Virus record (IMG/VR): IMGVR_UViG_3300048858_000027
Coordinates: 16,944-80,943 of that record
Strand: one strand, 5' to 3'
Source of the DNA: a virus
Taxonomy: Duplodnaviria; Caudoviricetes
DNA length: 64,000 nt
Below the pieces are notes generated by a model. It was not told where the DNA came from and did not search any database. It saw only the letters and a program-made list of their open reading frames with translations. Each line of letters starts with the position of its first letter. Position 1 is the first letter of the stretch. Shown here in pieces: positions 19,290-27,621 of the stretch. A program made the position numbers and the translations under genes.

Positions 19290-19459
19290 CAGCGCGCTTC
19301 CTCGTGGTAGGCGCGGACGGCGGATCCGACCACCTTGGCGAGACCCTCCGGCCCGGCCTGGACCACCTGGAAGAACGTCCAGCCAACGGCTCCGAAGACG
19401 CACAGCACCAGGGTAGCGATGAATGCAAACCACAGCTTGAAGAACAACGGCATCTTCAT
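19289..19459 (-). CDS. Small single-pass membrane protein
   Basis: MKMPLFFKLWFAFIATLVLCVFGAVGWTFF hydrophobic segment. Confidence 0.6.
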   Translation of the reverse strand: MKMPLFFKLWFAFIATLVLCVFGAVGWTFFQVVQAGPEGLAKVVGSAVRAYHEEAR

Positions 19460-19484
19460 GTGGTCGTGATTGCGACGGATCATC

Positions 19485-19745
19485 TCAGAACTCCAACTTC
19501 TCGATCTTCTCAATCGACTTCTTCAGGGAAGCGATCTTCCGCTTCCGCATCTCTTCGGCGCGGGTCACGGCACTCTCGCGGGTGCGGTGCCACTCCCGAC
19601 CTTCGCCATGGAAGTGGGTCGTGTATCGAGCGCCAACCTTGCTCACCATGCTGGAACAGGTTCTGGCGTGCCGCACCTGCATCTCCTCGATCCCGCTGGT
19701 CAGCGCATACTTCGTGATGAAAGCTGTGAAGATTTCGTCGCTCAC
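19485..19745 (-). CDS. Hypothetical protein
   Basis: 86 aa, GTG overlaps upstream TGA; ITKYALTSGI motif common in phages. Confidence 0.6.
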   Translation of the reverse strand: MSDEIFTAFITKYALTSGIEEMQVRHARTCSSMVSKVGARYTTHFHGEGREWHRTRESAVTRAEEMRKRKIASLKKSIEKIEKLEF

Positions 19746-20089
19746 GCCACCAGGCTCCACTTCCGTTCCTTGATCAGTTTACGCGCGGCGTCCAGCTCGG
19801 TCTTCGGTATCGAGATGACGATCTGGGTATGGCTCTGTGCCTTGAGCCATCTGCGGATCAGGGTGCGAATGGTGAAGCCGTTACCACCGCAGAGCAGCTC
19901 GCCTTCGACACCATCCCAGGAGCAGGTCCACCACTCAGGGATCTGGATAACAAGGTCGCCTGGTTCCGATGACGCGGCGAGATCATCAATGTCGCGACCA
20001 TCGTTCAGCTTGCTCTCGTCGTCCCAAACGTAGCCTGCAGGCCAGTGGTTCTTCTCCCACTCGCGCCACTGGGCTAAGGTAATCTTCAT
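19742..20089 (-). CDS. Hypothetical protein
   Basis: 115 aa from ATG 20089. Confidence 0.6.
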   Translation of the reverse strand: MKITLAQWREWEKNHWPAGYVWDDESKLNDGRDIDDLAASSEPGDLVIQIPEWWTCSWDGVEGELLCGGNGFTIRTLIRRWLKAQSHTQIVISIPKTELDAARKLIKERKWSLVA

Positions 20090-20090
20090 C

Positions 20091-21104
20091 TCACACACGC
20101 TCCGTGCGATAGCGGTCCATGACCAGCTTGGTAATCTCGGGGCTGATACCCTTCGACGCAAAAACATCAGCGAAGATCGAGGCCATGTCGAAGGTCTCGA
20201 AGCTGACACTCAACTCTTCCTCCAGCGCCTTCTGACGCATGGGCTTCACCTGGAGGGCGTCCACCTCCGGCATCTCCTCGCCATCAGCCAGCACGACCCG
20301 GAGGCAGAGGTTGCGGGTGTCCTCGATCCGCGCCAGCTCGGCTAGCGAGACCGTGCGATACATCTCACCCGTCACATCCTCACCGTGGGCGTAGGGCTGC
20401 ATCGAGCCCGTCACCAGCACCTGCAGGTCGCCGCCGTAGTTCATCAGGCGGCGGCGGTGGTCGTGGCCTGTGATGATCAGATCCGTGCGACCGCGCACCG
20501 TCTCGACGGGCACGATGTTGTGGTCGCTCCCCGGATTGATGATGTCCCAGTGACCGAAGATCGCGGTGAGGTGGCGGGCGCTGTAGTTCAGCATGTCCTG
20601 CGCCATCTCGGCCGAGGACTTCACCGGGTGCCAGGGAACGAAGCCGAAGGCGCGACCCTTCACCACCTCAGTCATCGGATGGTCACGCAGCACCGTGATG
20701 TTCGACCGCTCCGCGGTCTCGATGATCTGGCGGAAGATGTCGTAGGCCGAGACAGCCTCCAGGTTCCGCGAGAGATCATGGTTGCCGGGGTAGACGATGA
20801 ACTGCGTCTCGGGGAAAGCATCCACCGCATTCATGTAAGCTTTGGCAGCGAACATGATCGTATCGAGGGATACGACCGCCTTGTCGAAGAGGTCCCCGAC
20901 ACAGACATGAAGATCGGCGTCCTCTGCCATGGCGAGGTGGCGGCAGAAGTCATCCTCGATCATTCGCTCGCGCTCACCCCGGCGGTGCAGCGGCACATCG
21001 TTGACGAACTTCCGGCCTAAGTGGGCGTCAGGCAGCAGAGCCACCCGAACCCCGTCCAGGTTCAGCGGCTTGCCGTGCCAATCGTCGGAGATCGGAAAGG
21101 GCAT
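20091..21104 (-). CDS. SbcD/Mre11-like nuclease
   Basis: PDAHLG, VGDLFD, PGNHD, FGHWD, TGHDH phosphoesterase motifs; near SbcC-like gene. Confidence 0.9.
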   Translation of the reverse strand: MPFPISDDWHGKPLNLDGVRVALLPDAHLGRKFVNDVPLHRRGERERMIEDDFCRHLAMAEDADLHVCVGDLFDKAVVSLDTIMFAAKAYMNAVDAFPETQFIVYPGNHDLSRNLEAVSAYDIFRQIIETAERSNITVLRDHPMTEVVKGRAFGFVPWHPVKSSAEMAQDMLNYSARHLTAIFGHWDIINPGSDHNIVPVETVRGRTDLIITGHDHRRRLMNYGGDLQVLVTGSMQPYAHGEDVTGEMYRTVSLAELARIEDTRNLCLRVVLADGEEMPEVDALQVKPMRQKALEEELSVSFETFDMASIFADVFASKGISPEITKLVMDRYRTERV

Positions 21105-21273
21105 TCTTGTAACTCCTGTGGTCAGAGGGGGACATGGAGCAGATGTAGATCGCTCCGGTGAGGTGCCTGAGCTGGAGATGCTGGCTCCGGGTTGATCGCG
21201 TAGGCGACCAACCCAGAGCTTCAGCCTCAGCCAATAACTTGCGGAGCTCTGGTCTTCCGCGCGTTGAGGGCAT
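21028..21273 (-). CDS. HicA-like (dsRBD-fold) protein
   Basis: RKLLAEAEALGW...SQHLQLRH...SPSDHRSYKNALSDLRR pattern; start uncertain, overlaps both neighbours. Confidence 0.55.
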   Translation of the reverse strand: MPSTRGRPELRKLLAEAEALGWSPTRSTRSQHLQLRHLTGAIYICSMSPSDHRSYKNALSDLRRLARQAAEPGRGSGGSAA

Positions 21274-21805
21274 GGAAGATCACCTTGATCTGGTGCAGCA
21301 CATCGAAGATCGCGTCGTGAGCGCCGACCCCATCCACGGGGACGCTGCGATCATCGAAAGGCGCGTCGGGAAAGGAGAGCCCTGCCAGGAAGCTGCGGAG
21401 ATCCCGGCCCTTCGAGTGGTTGAAGGGCATCGGATAACCGAACCGCCGGAAGTAGCTCTGCACGAACGGGAAGTCGAAGGAGAGTGGCTTCGCGACGAAA
21501 CATTCCTCGCAATACGCGCCGCCCGCCCAGTCATAGAAGTCCTTCATGACAACAGCAGGATCTTCCATCCGAGCGAAGATGCTCATCAGGATGTCCTTGT
21601 TCTGCTTCATCCACCAGGAGCGAGTTTCCTCGTCCCAGAACCGCTGCGGAGGAATCCCCAGACAGCGGTTGAACATGTTGGCGGTGTCGATCGTTCCCGT
21701 GAACGGGTTGAACCGCACCGCCGCGATCTGGATGATAGCGTTGTCATCAGGGGAAGTGCCGGTGGTCTCAATATCGACCATCACCCAGCTTTGGGAGTCA
21801 GACAT
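21227..21805 (-). CDS. DEDDh 3'-5' exonuclease
   Basis: VDIETTG, SFDFPFV, HDAIFDV; ATG at 21805. Confidence 0.88.
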   Translation of the reverse strand: MSDSQSWVMVDIETTGTSPDDNAIIQIAAVRFNPFTGTIDTANMFNRCLGIPPQRFWDEETRSWWMKQNKDILMSIFARMEDPAVVMKDFYDWAGGAYCEECFVAKPLSFDFPFVQSYFRRFGYPMPFNHSKGRDLRSFLAGLSFPDAPFDDRSVPVDGVGAHDAIFDVLHQIKVIFHALNARKTRAPQVIG

Positions 21806-22224
21806 GGTTCTTTGGTGCTCCAGAGCCAGGGGCGGAATGTCTCCCAAAGGACACGCCCCTTGGCGTTGATCAGGACACCTGCTGGTACGAAATACACATC
21901 GTTGGTTTTTAGGTTCTTGATGCAGAAGCGGTAGTCGCCTCCTGCTGCGGTCAGGCGAATAGCCGCCTTGATCTGGCCCCGCTTGATGTTCGACATCGGA
22001 AAGCCAACGGGGTTGATCGTCGTCTTGCACTCAACCAGACCCGTCCAGCCTTTCCAGGCGCAGATGTAATCGGACGGAAGTTCGCTGGTGACGATGATCT
22101 TCTTGTCGTTCAAGCCGTAGAGGTCGGCAGGATCTTGGAAGCGGTGAAACCAGGCAGTCTTGCCGAGGCGGCCCCACCTATCTTCAAACTCTTCCTCGAA
22201 CCGCTTACCTTCTGTCTTAGCCAT
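21781..22224 (-). CDS. RecU-like Holliday junction resolvase (PD-(D/E)xK)
   Basis: GKRFEEEF, PSDYI, LVECKTT, GQ motifs. Confidence 0.8.
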   Translation of the reverse strand: MAKTEGKRFEEEFEDRWGRLGKTAWFHRFQDPADLYGLNDKKIIVTSELPSDYICAWKGWTGLVECKTTINPVGFPMSNIKRGQIKAAIRLTAAGGDYRFCIKNLKTNDVYFVPAGVLINAKGRVLWETFRPWLWSTKEPCLTPKAG

Positions 22225-22259
22225 GTCCGACCCTCGATTGAGGATCGGACCATAGCGTC

Positions 22260-22628
22260 TCAGAAGTGCGCGTTCCCGGCGAAACTCCGCAGGGAATGAT
22301 CAGTAATCTTCACGACGCGCAATTCTGGATACTTGTGGTAGGCGCGCTTCCGCACATAGCCGAGGTGAGCACCGAGTTCCCTGCTCAACTCCTCGTCGGG
22401 CACTCCCTGCACGAACTTCTGGATCGCCGCCTCGACAGCTTGGTCATCGAATTTACAGTGACCATGCCGCCGGGGCTTGAAGGAGGGATCCTTCCAGGAA
22501 CGGTTGCGGCAGATGTCCGTCAGAGTGGACTTGTTCAGCCCATAGCGGCGGCCCAGGTCAGTCTGAGGAACACCCGCCAGGTAAGCCTGGCGGATCTCCT
22601 TCACGATCGCAGAAGTCAGCTTTTTCAC
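22260..22628 (-). CDS. Double HTH DNA-binding protein
   Basis: KLTSAIVKEIRQAYLAGVPQTDLGRRYGLNKSTLTDICRNRSWK plus second KFDDQAV...ELSRELG repeat. Confidence 0.7.
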   Translation of the reverse strand: MKKLTSAIVKEIRQAYLAGVPQTDLGRRYGLNKSTLTDICRNRSWKDPSFKPRRHGHCKFDDQAVEAAIQKFVQGVPDEELSRELGAHLGYVRKRAYHKYPELRVVKITDHSLRSFAGNAHF

Positions 22629-25234
22629 GCCGCCAGCCGCTCCCGTTCGGCAAACAGCCAGTCCACGGCGTCACCCCACAGCTCCGGCGGCAGGGCGCCA
22701 CCAATGCAGTCGCGGGGCACGAAGGGAAGGTCAGGCGCCTCACGCAGCTCGATCTGGCCGGTGCGTGCCTTCTTCTCGTGCCAGGGCTCGAAGGTCAGGC
22801 CGATCGACGGCGTGCAGTCCAGCACCACACGGCTGAAGATGTCGGGGTGCAACGTGGTCATCACCTCGGTGGCCAGCTCGATGAACTCGCGCACCTTCGA
22901 GCGATGCACCGACCAGACCAGCTCGTCGTGGATGGGCATCATGAAGCGCCCTTCCCGCTTGGTCCAACCCATCTCAGCCATCCGACGCTTGATGGTGCGG
23001 ATGGCACGCTTCGCCAGGGTGGCGCAGGTGCCCTGAATCTCCGCATTGACTGCCTGGTTGCCAGCGCGGGATTGGGTGCGGCGGATCACCTGCTCAATGA
23101 ACCAGGCCACTTCCGGCGTGTTGAAGCGGCGCCACTTCGCGCGGAACTGCGCCGCCCACATTGGGGTGGCCTCGTAGCGCACGCGGCGATGCCCATCCGG
23201 CAACTGGACGAAGCCCTGCCGCTGAACGGTGTGGATCGCGCCGACGCGCCATGCCTCGAAGTCCGGGAATTGGTTCCGGTAGTTGTCGCAGGCTGCGAAC
23301 ATCTCGTCCCGCGACCAGCCCAGCTTCTCGGCCACGTTCATCAGCAGGCCGGAATAGATATACTCGAAGTTGGCACCCTTCCCGACCTCGGTGCGCCAGA
23401 ACTTGTAAGCCTTGGCAGGCTCCATGCTCTCGCCGCGTGGGTTGATCAGCAGCTTGGGATCGACATTGGCGTTGCCGCCCTTCAGGCTCTTGAACTCCTC
23501 CAGGTCCACCTGCAGGCAGCCGGAGCAGGCGAACTCATGTAGGTCGCGGTAAGGAAGCTGCGAGTAGCAGGCCAAGAACGCCGCGTCTCCCGACCGCTGT
23601 GCGGCCAGCACCAGCTCAATCTGCGACCAGTCCAGCGAGACGATCAGGTGATCATCGTAGTCTGCCTCGTAGAAGCCGCGGACGTAGACGCTCTCGCCGC
23701 GCTTGGCGAGCTGCATCCCGTTCGGGTCCTTCATCGCCATGCGGCGGGTAGCCAGCATGGAGGTGATGACCGGGTAGACGCGATCGGTCTCAGGGTCCAG
23801 CAGCTTCAGGTAGGGCGTCAGGTAGAGCTTGGACACCTGCTCGATCGAGGCGATCTCGCCCAGGTAGCCGAGGATCTCCGCCTGGGTCGTCCGACCCTCC
23901 TTCAACATGCGCTCCTTCAGGCGCCCACGGGCGTTGCCGTCCGACTGGACCTTGCCCTGGTCGAGAATCAGCTTCTCCACCCGGAACAGGTCATACATCA
24001 GCACGCGCATCGGCATGTAATGCGTCAGGTTGAGCTGCTTGGCTTCCTTGCGTCCGAGCGCCGCCGCCCAGGTGGACGAGATCGAGCCGCTGAGCTGCTG
24101 CGCCACCTCGTAGGGATCGGCAGGATCAGCGGAGCAGGCCCAGGTCGCCAGGCGGGTGCGGTAGGAGGCGCCGTTCTTCTGATACCAGCTCTCGCGCTCA
24201 GCCAGGGCGGGGTGCAGCTCCGCAGGGAACGGCAGCAGCGACTTGACGGCCGCCTTCAGCTTCTTCAGCACATCGACGTAGCGGAGCCGGTTCTCAGCCT
24301 CCCGCGCCTCCACGGCGGGGCGGTTGACCCGCAGACCCTCGCGCCAGCATTCCGAGAAGTCCCCGATCATCGGCAGCTCTTGCTCGAAGAACGTCTGGAT
24401 GACCTGCGGATTGGTCGCCATCATGTGGGCGAGCAGTTTGTGGAACAGCCGCACGCACCACACGGCGTCTTCACAGCCGTAGCTCACGACCTCTTCGGTG
24501 GTGAGCTGACCCATATGGTCACGGCCACCCAGCACCTGCTCGTAGGTGGTCATCTGGTGGCCGAAGTGCGCCTGGACGGCAGCCTTCAGGCCGTAGCCAT
24601 AGGCCATCTGCTTGACGTAGCCGTTGTAGGAATGGCTGGCGTCAGATTCCTTGGCGATGATCTTGCTGAGGGTCTCCTGCACCGCGGAGGAGTCCTTCAT
24701 GCCCAGCGAGACGCGCTGGATCTCACCGACCAGTTTGGCCATGTCGCCCAGGTCGCGCTGCGCGAAGACCTCGGGGTCGTATTCGTCCGGGCCATAGGCG
24801 GAGACTGCCATCTGCAGGGTGCAGATGAAATCCTTCATCTCCCAGCCGACCGTCATGAGCAGCATGGTCAGCTCGAACATCGCGTTGTGGACGATCCACT
24901 TCGCGGCTGGCGCCTTGGCGGCCAGGATGCTCTCGACCACTGCCCAGGGGATCTGCCCATCGGTGTCAGCGTGACCGATGTTGAAGTAGTAGGCTTCCGG
25001 CGAACCGTCGATCCAGAGCGACAGGCCGCACAAGGTGGTGCGGCGGATGTCGAAGACCAGCTTCTTGCCCTTGTTGATGGCCTTGATACCATCGTGGGCA
25101 CGGTCGTTGTGGGTCTCGATGTCGAGCCCGACCAGGCTGGCGGTGGAGAGCTGCTGCGCAATCCGAGGCGCGATCTCGTGGATGTTGTGCAGCGTGACCG
25201 CCACGCTGGTGACGGCAGATTGGATGATGCTCAT
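22625..25234 (-). CDS. polA: DNA polymerase, family A, with 3'-5' exonuclease domain
   Basis: Exo I GLDIETH, Exo II HNAMFEL, Exo III YGCEDA; motif A DWSQIEL, motif B R..K...NF...Y, motif C IHDELV. Confidence 0.93.
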   Translation of the reverse strand: MSIIQSAVTSVAVTLHNIHEIAPRIAQQLSTASLVGLDIETHNDRAHDGIKAINKGKKLVFDIRRTTLCGLSLWIDGSPEAYYFNIGHADTDGQIPWAVVESILAAKAPAAKWIVHNAMFELTMLLMTVGWEMKDFICTLQMAVSAYGPDEYDPEVFAQRDLGDMAKLVGEIQRVSLGMKDSSAVQETLSKIIAKESDASHSYNGYVKQMAYGYGLKAAVQAHFGHQMTTYEQVLGGRDHMGQLTTEEVVSYGCEDAVWCVRLFHKLLAHMMATNPQVIQTFFEQELPMIGDFSECWREGLRVNRPAVEAREAENRLRYVDVLKKLKAAVKSLLPFPAELHPALAERESWYQKNGASYRTRLATWACSADPADPYEVAQQLSGSISSTWAAALGRKEAKQLNLTHYMPMRVLMYDLFRVEKLILDQGKVQSDGNARGRLKERMLKEGRTTQAEILGYLGEIASIEQVSKLYLTPYLKLLDPETDRVYPVITSMLATRRMAMKDPNGMQLAKRGESVYVRGFYEADYDDHLIVSLDWSQIELVLAAQRSGDAAFLACYSQLPYRDLHEFACSGCLQVDLEEFKSLKGGNANVDPKLLINPRGESMEPAKAYKFWRTEVGKGANFEYIYSGLLMNVAEKLGWSRDEMFAACDNYRNQFPDFEAWRVGAIHTVQRQGFVQLPDGHRRVRYEATPMWAAQFRAKWRRFNTPEVAWFIEQVIRRTQSRAGNQAVNAEIQGTCATLAKRAIRTIKRRMAEMGWTKREGRFMMPIHDELVWSVHRSKVREFIELATEVMTTLHPDIFSRVVLDCTPSIGLTFEPWHEKKARTGQIELREAPDLPFVPRDCIGGALPPELWGDAVDWLFAERERLAA

Positions 25235-25249
25235 CGCATTGGTTCCAGG

Positions 25250-25381
25250 TTATCGACCGAGGATGTAGAGGCAGTAGAGTGGCGTGTGTGTCATCCGGCA
25301 CTCCTGCCAAAGCGCTACGTTCAGCGCCGCGAGGATCGGGAAGAACACGATGAGCGTCACAAGGATGAGGAGGATGCGCAT
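25250..25381 (-). CDS. Small membrane protein (43 aa, not in ORF track)
   Basis: MRILLILVTLIVFFPILAALNVALW...; ATG overlaps upstream TGA. Confidence 0.5.
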   Translation of the reverse strand: MRILLILVTLIVFFPILAALNVALWQECRMTHTPLYCLYILGR

Positions 25382-25545
25382 CAGGCGGCGCGCTCCCGCA
25401 TCTCTTCCTCGACAGCTAACTGGGCGTGCTGGGCATCACGCTTCCAGAGGCGTCGGGCCTGGTCGTCCAATGCCTTCCAACTGATGCCTTTCAACGCCGC
25501 GAGTTTCTTGGCGATCGTCTCGATCGTCTTCTCGTCTGCGGTCAC
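25381..25545 (-). CDS. Hypothetical protein
   Basis: 54 aa, GTG overlaps exonuclease stop. Confidence 0.55.
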   Translation of the reverse strand: MTADEKTIETIAKKLAALKGISWKALDDQARRLWKRDAQHAQLAVEEEMRERAA

Positions 25546-26342
25546 AGCATGTATTCCTTCAGCAGCGCCTCGACCTTGCTCAGATCCTGCAGGCCGACCA
25601 GCAGGCAGGAGTTGATCTCCTGGGCGGGCACGCCGAACAGGCCCACGATGTCCCACATGACCAGCAGCTCGTCGAAGTTCTCCTGGCACCAGGTGAAGTG
25701 GCTGGGACGCAGGCCCATCTCTTCCGCCGTGCGGGAGGTGTCCCACTTGCGATTGATGAGCTGGACTTCCATCACCGGCTTGTTCAGCAGCACCCAGCTC
25801 TTGGGGCCAAAGCCAGGGATGCCGCGGATGTTGTCCGCGCTGTCACCCGTGGTCGCCTTGAACAACCGGATCTGACGCGGAGTGATGTCCTCGTAGCCCG
25901 CCGACACTTCGATCTTCGGGTGGGCGGCGAGTTGTGCAAGATCGCGGTCCACCGTGACGACGCGGACCCGTTCACCAACCGAAGCACGCTGCATGGCGAG
26001 CGTGCCGATCACGTCATCCGCTTCCCAACCTGGCACAGTGATCTGCACCGTGGGGAGATGGGACATGGCATCGCGGATGAGCTGGATGCTGGTGAAGAGA
26101 TCTTCGCCCGGAGAAGTGCGCTTGGTCTTGTAAGCGGGGTAGAGCGCGCGGCGGCGATCGTTACCGCCCTTGCCGTCGAACACGAAGACTGGCGGGAAGA
26201 GGCACCCGCGGATCTGGTCGATGACGTTGCGGACGATCATGCCGTTCTGCACGGCGCGAAGCTGGTTCAGCAGGAAAGCGTTCCCGTCCACGATCTGGAG
26301 GACACGGTTCTCGCTGTCGAGCCGAAGAAGGGGTTGAGCCAT
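25542..26342 (-). CDS. 5'-3' exonuclease / flap endonuclease (Pol I N-terminal-like)
   Basis: IVDGNA, FVFDG, RRALYPAYK, WEADDVIGTL, TVDRDLAQL, GDSADNIRGIPGFGPK. Confidence 0.93.
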   Translation of the reverse strand: MAQPLLRLDSENRVLQIVDGNAFLLNQLRAVQNGMIVRNVIDQIRGCLFPPVFVFDGKGGNDRRRALYPAYKTKRTSPGEDLFTSIQLIRDAMSHLPTVQITVPGWEADDVIGTLAMQRASVGERVRVVTVDRDLAQLAAHPKIEVSAGYEDITPRQIRLFKATTGDSADNIRGIPGFGPKSWVLLNKPVMEVQLINRKWDTSRTAEEMGLRPSHFTWCQENFDELLVMWDIVGLFGVPAQEINSCLLVGLQDLSKVEALLKEYML

Positions 26343-26361
26343 GAATGTTCCTGTCGGAATG

Positions 26362-26396
26362 AAAAAGCCCGCCGGAGTGGGGGTCCCCGGCGGGCT
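26362..26396 (-). terminator. Intrinsic terminator downstream of SSB-like gene
   Basis: 10-bp stem AGCCCGCCGG/CCGGCGGGCT followed on - strand by T5. Confidence 0.75.
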
Positions 26397-26399
26397 CTA

Positions 26400-26564
26400 T
26401 CGAGGCGGCTTTCCCGACCTTTCCCCTAACTGTTTGCCGAGGGGCAGGGTTTGCTCACTGCTGCCTGGCAAGGGGAGTCATGGGTCCAGGCAGCTAGAGA
26501 GGTCAGGCTTCGCACTCCCTGCCGGGGAGTGTTGGAGGACGCCCCTCACCCAAACTGGTGAGGG
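26400..26564 (-). ncRNA. Candidate structured intergenic RNA / 3' UTR
   Basis: Hairpins CCCTCACC/GGTGAGGG, CACTCCC/GGGAGTG, GCTGCCTGG/CCAGGCAGC packed into 165 nt with no convincing ORF. Confidence 0.3.
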
Positions 26565-27275
26565 TTAGCCGGCGTACTCGCCCATGAACTTGAAGGTGAC
26601 GATGCCCCAGGCATTGCCGTTCTTGTTCGTGCGGCGCTCGCTGCCGAGTTCGACCTCGACGACCGAGCCAGCCAGGCCCGCCTTCAGCGCCTCACGATAC
26701 ACCGCTTCCCAGGCCGCCCAGTTGGTGGTGGACAGCGAGTAGCCGAGCTTGGTGCCAGCGGTCAGGACCGGCTCCTTCGCCTTGGGCAACGTGACATCGT
26801 GCAGCAGCAGCATCGGCAGATCGGCCGAGCGATACTCGCGAGCGCGGGGATCGACCTGCTGGGCACGCTGGATGGCCTGAGCCCAGGAGCCGCCCTGCGC
26901 GCAGATCACACGGTCATAGGTCTTCAGGTAGGTGGGCGGGTTGCCGAACTTGATGGCGAAGTGCGGCGCCACGGCCGTCATGTCGATGGCGACCTTCATG
27001 ACATCCGTGAAGAGTTCCTTGTTCGGACCAACAACAAGGCCGAACTCCTTCACGCCCAGCCAGGAGTCCACGCTGATGCCACCGGCCAGCATGTCGTCCA
27101 TGGTGACGGGCTTGCCCGGAGCGACGGGCGCCACAGCGGTGGAAGCCGCGGGGGCAACGGTCGTCGAGATGGCGCCGGCGGAAGCGGCCTGGAGGTTGGA
27201 CAGCTCGGCAGCGGCGGCCTGGGCCTTGGCGATGGCGGCGGCGATCGGGTCGTGGATGGTGACAGCTTCGGACAT
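26565..27275 (-). CDS. Putative ssDNA-binding / recombination protein
   Basis: Ala-rich N-terminus, beta-rich aromatic C-terminal domain (YSLSTTNW, NAWGIVTFKF), replication-module context, own terminator; function inferred. Confidence 0.5.
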   Translation of the reverse strand: MSEAVTIHDPIAAAIAKAQAAAAELSNLQAASAGAISTTVAPAASTAVAPVAPGKPVTMDDMLAGGISVDSWLGVKEFGLVVGPNKELFTDVMKVAIDMTAVAPHFAIKFGNPPTYLKTYDRVICAQGGSWAQAIQRAQQVDPRAREYRSADLPMLLLHDVTLPKAKEPVLTAGTKLGYSLSTTNWAAWEAVYREALKAGLAGSVVEVELGSERRTNKNGNAWGIVTFKFMGEYAG

Positions 27276-27393
27276 TTTCTGTTTCCAGTTCGGTTGAATG
27301 AGCAGCCTTGCGGCGGCTTGAGGAAGTTATGCTTGGGTCAGGACGATTACACGCGCCAAATGCTTCGATAATAGTCAGTAATTCCGACTTTTA

Positions 27394-27621
27394 TTATCGA
27401 ACCTTCTGTTTTGGTTTGCGTGCTCGGACATGGGCTTCAATATTCGTAGGATCAGTCCATACGATAACCTTCCCTTCTGCATCGGTGTTGGCCTCACCGC
27501 AGACCATATCGACTGCGGTATCCTTCGCCTCCTCAGCGTCCTCGGCATGGACGGTGAAGGTGGCTTCGACGCGGGTGGTGGTGTCCACCCGCACCGTGAT
27601 CTCGTAAGGGCGCTTCGTCAT
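27394..27621 (-). CDS. Hypothetical protein
   Basis: 75 aa from ATG 27621 overlapping helicase stop. Confidence 0.55.
   Translation of the reverse strand: MTKRPYEITVRVDTTTRVEATFTVHAEDAEEAKDTAVDMVCGEANTDAEGKVIVWTDPTNIEAHVRARKPKQKVR

Noticed and set aside
13883-25234. Z-genome (2-aminoadenine) system
   Set aside because: A DUF550-like gene and a divergent PolA are present, but no PurZ or HD-domain DatZ is in the window; kept only as a low-level finding.
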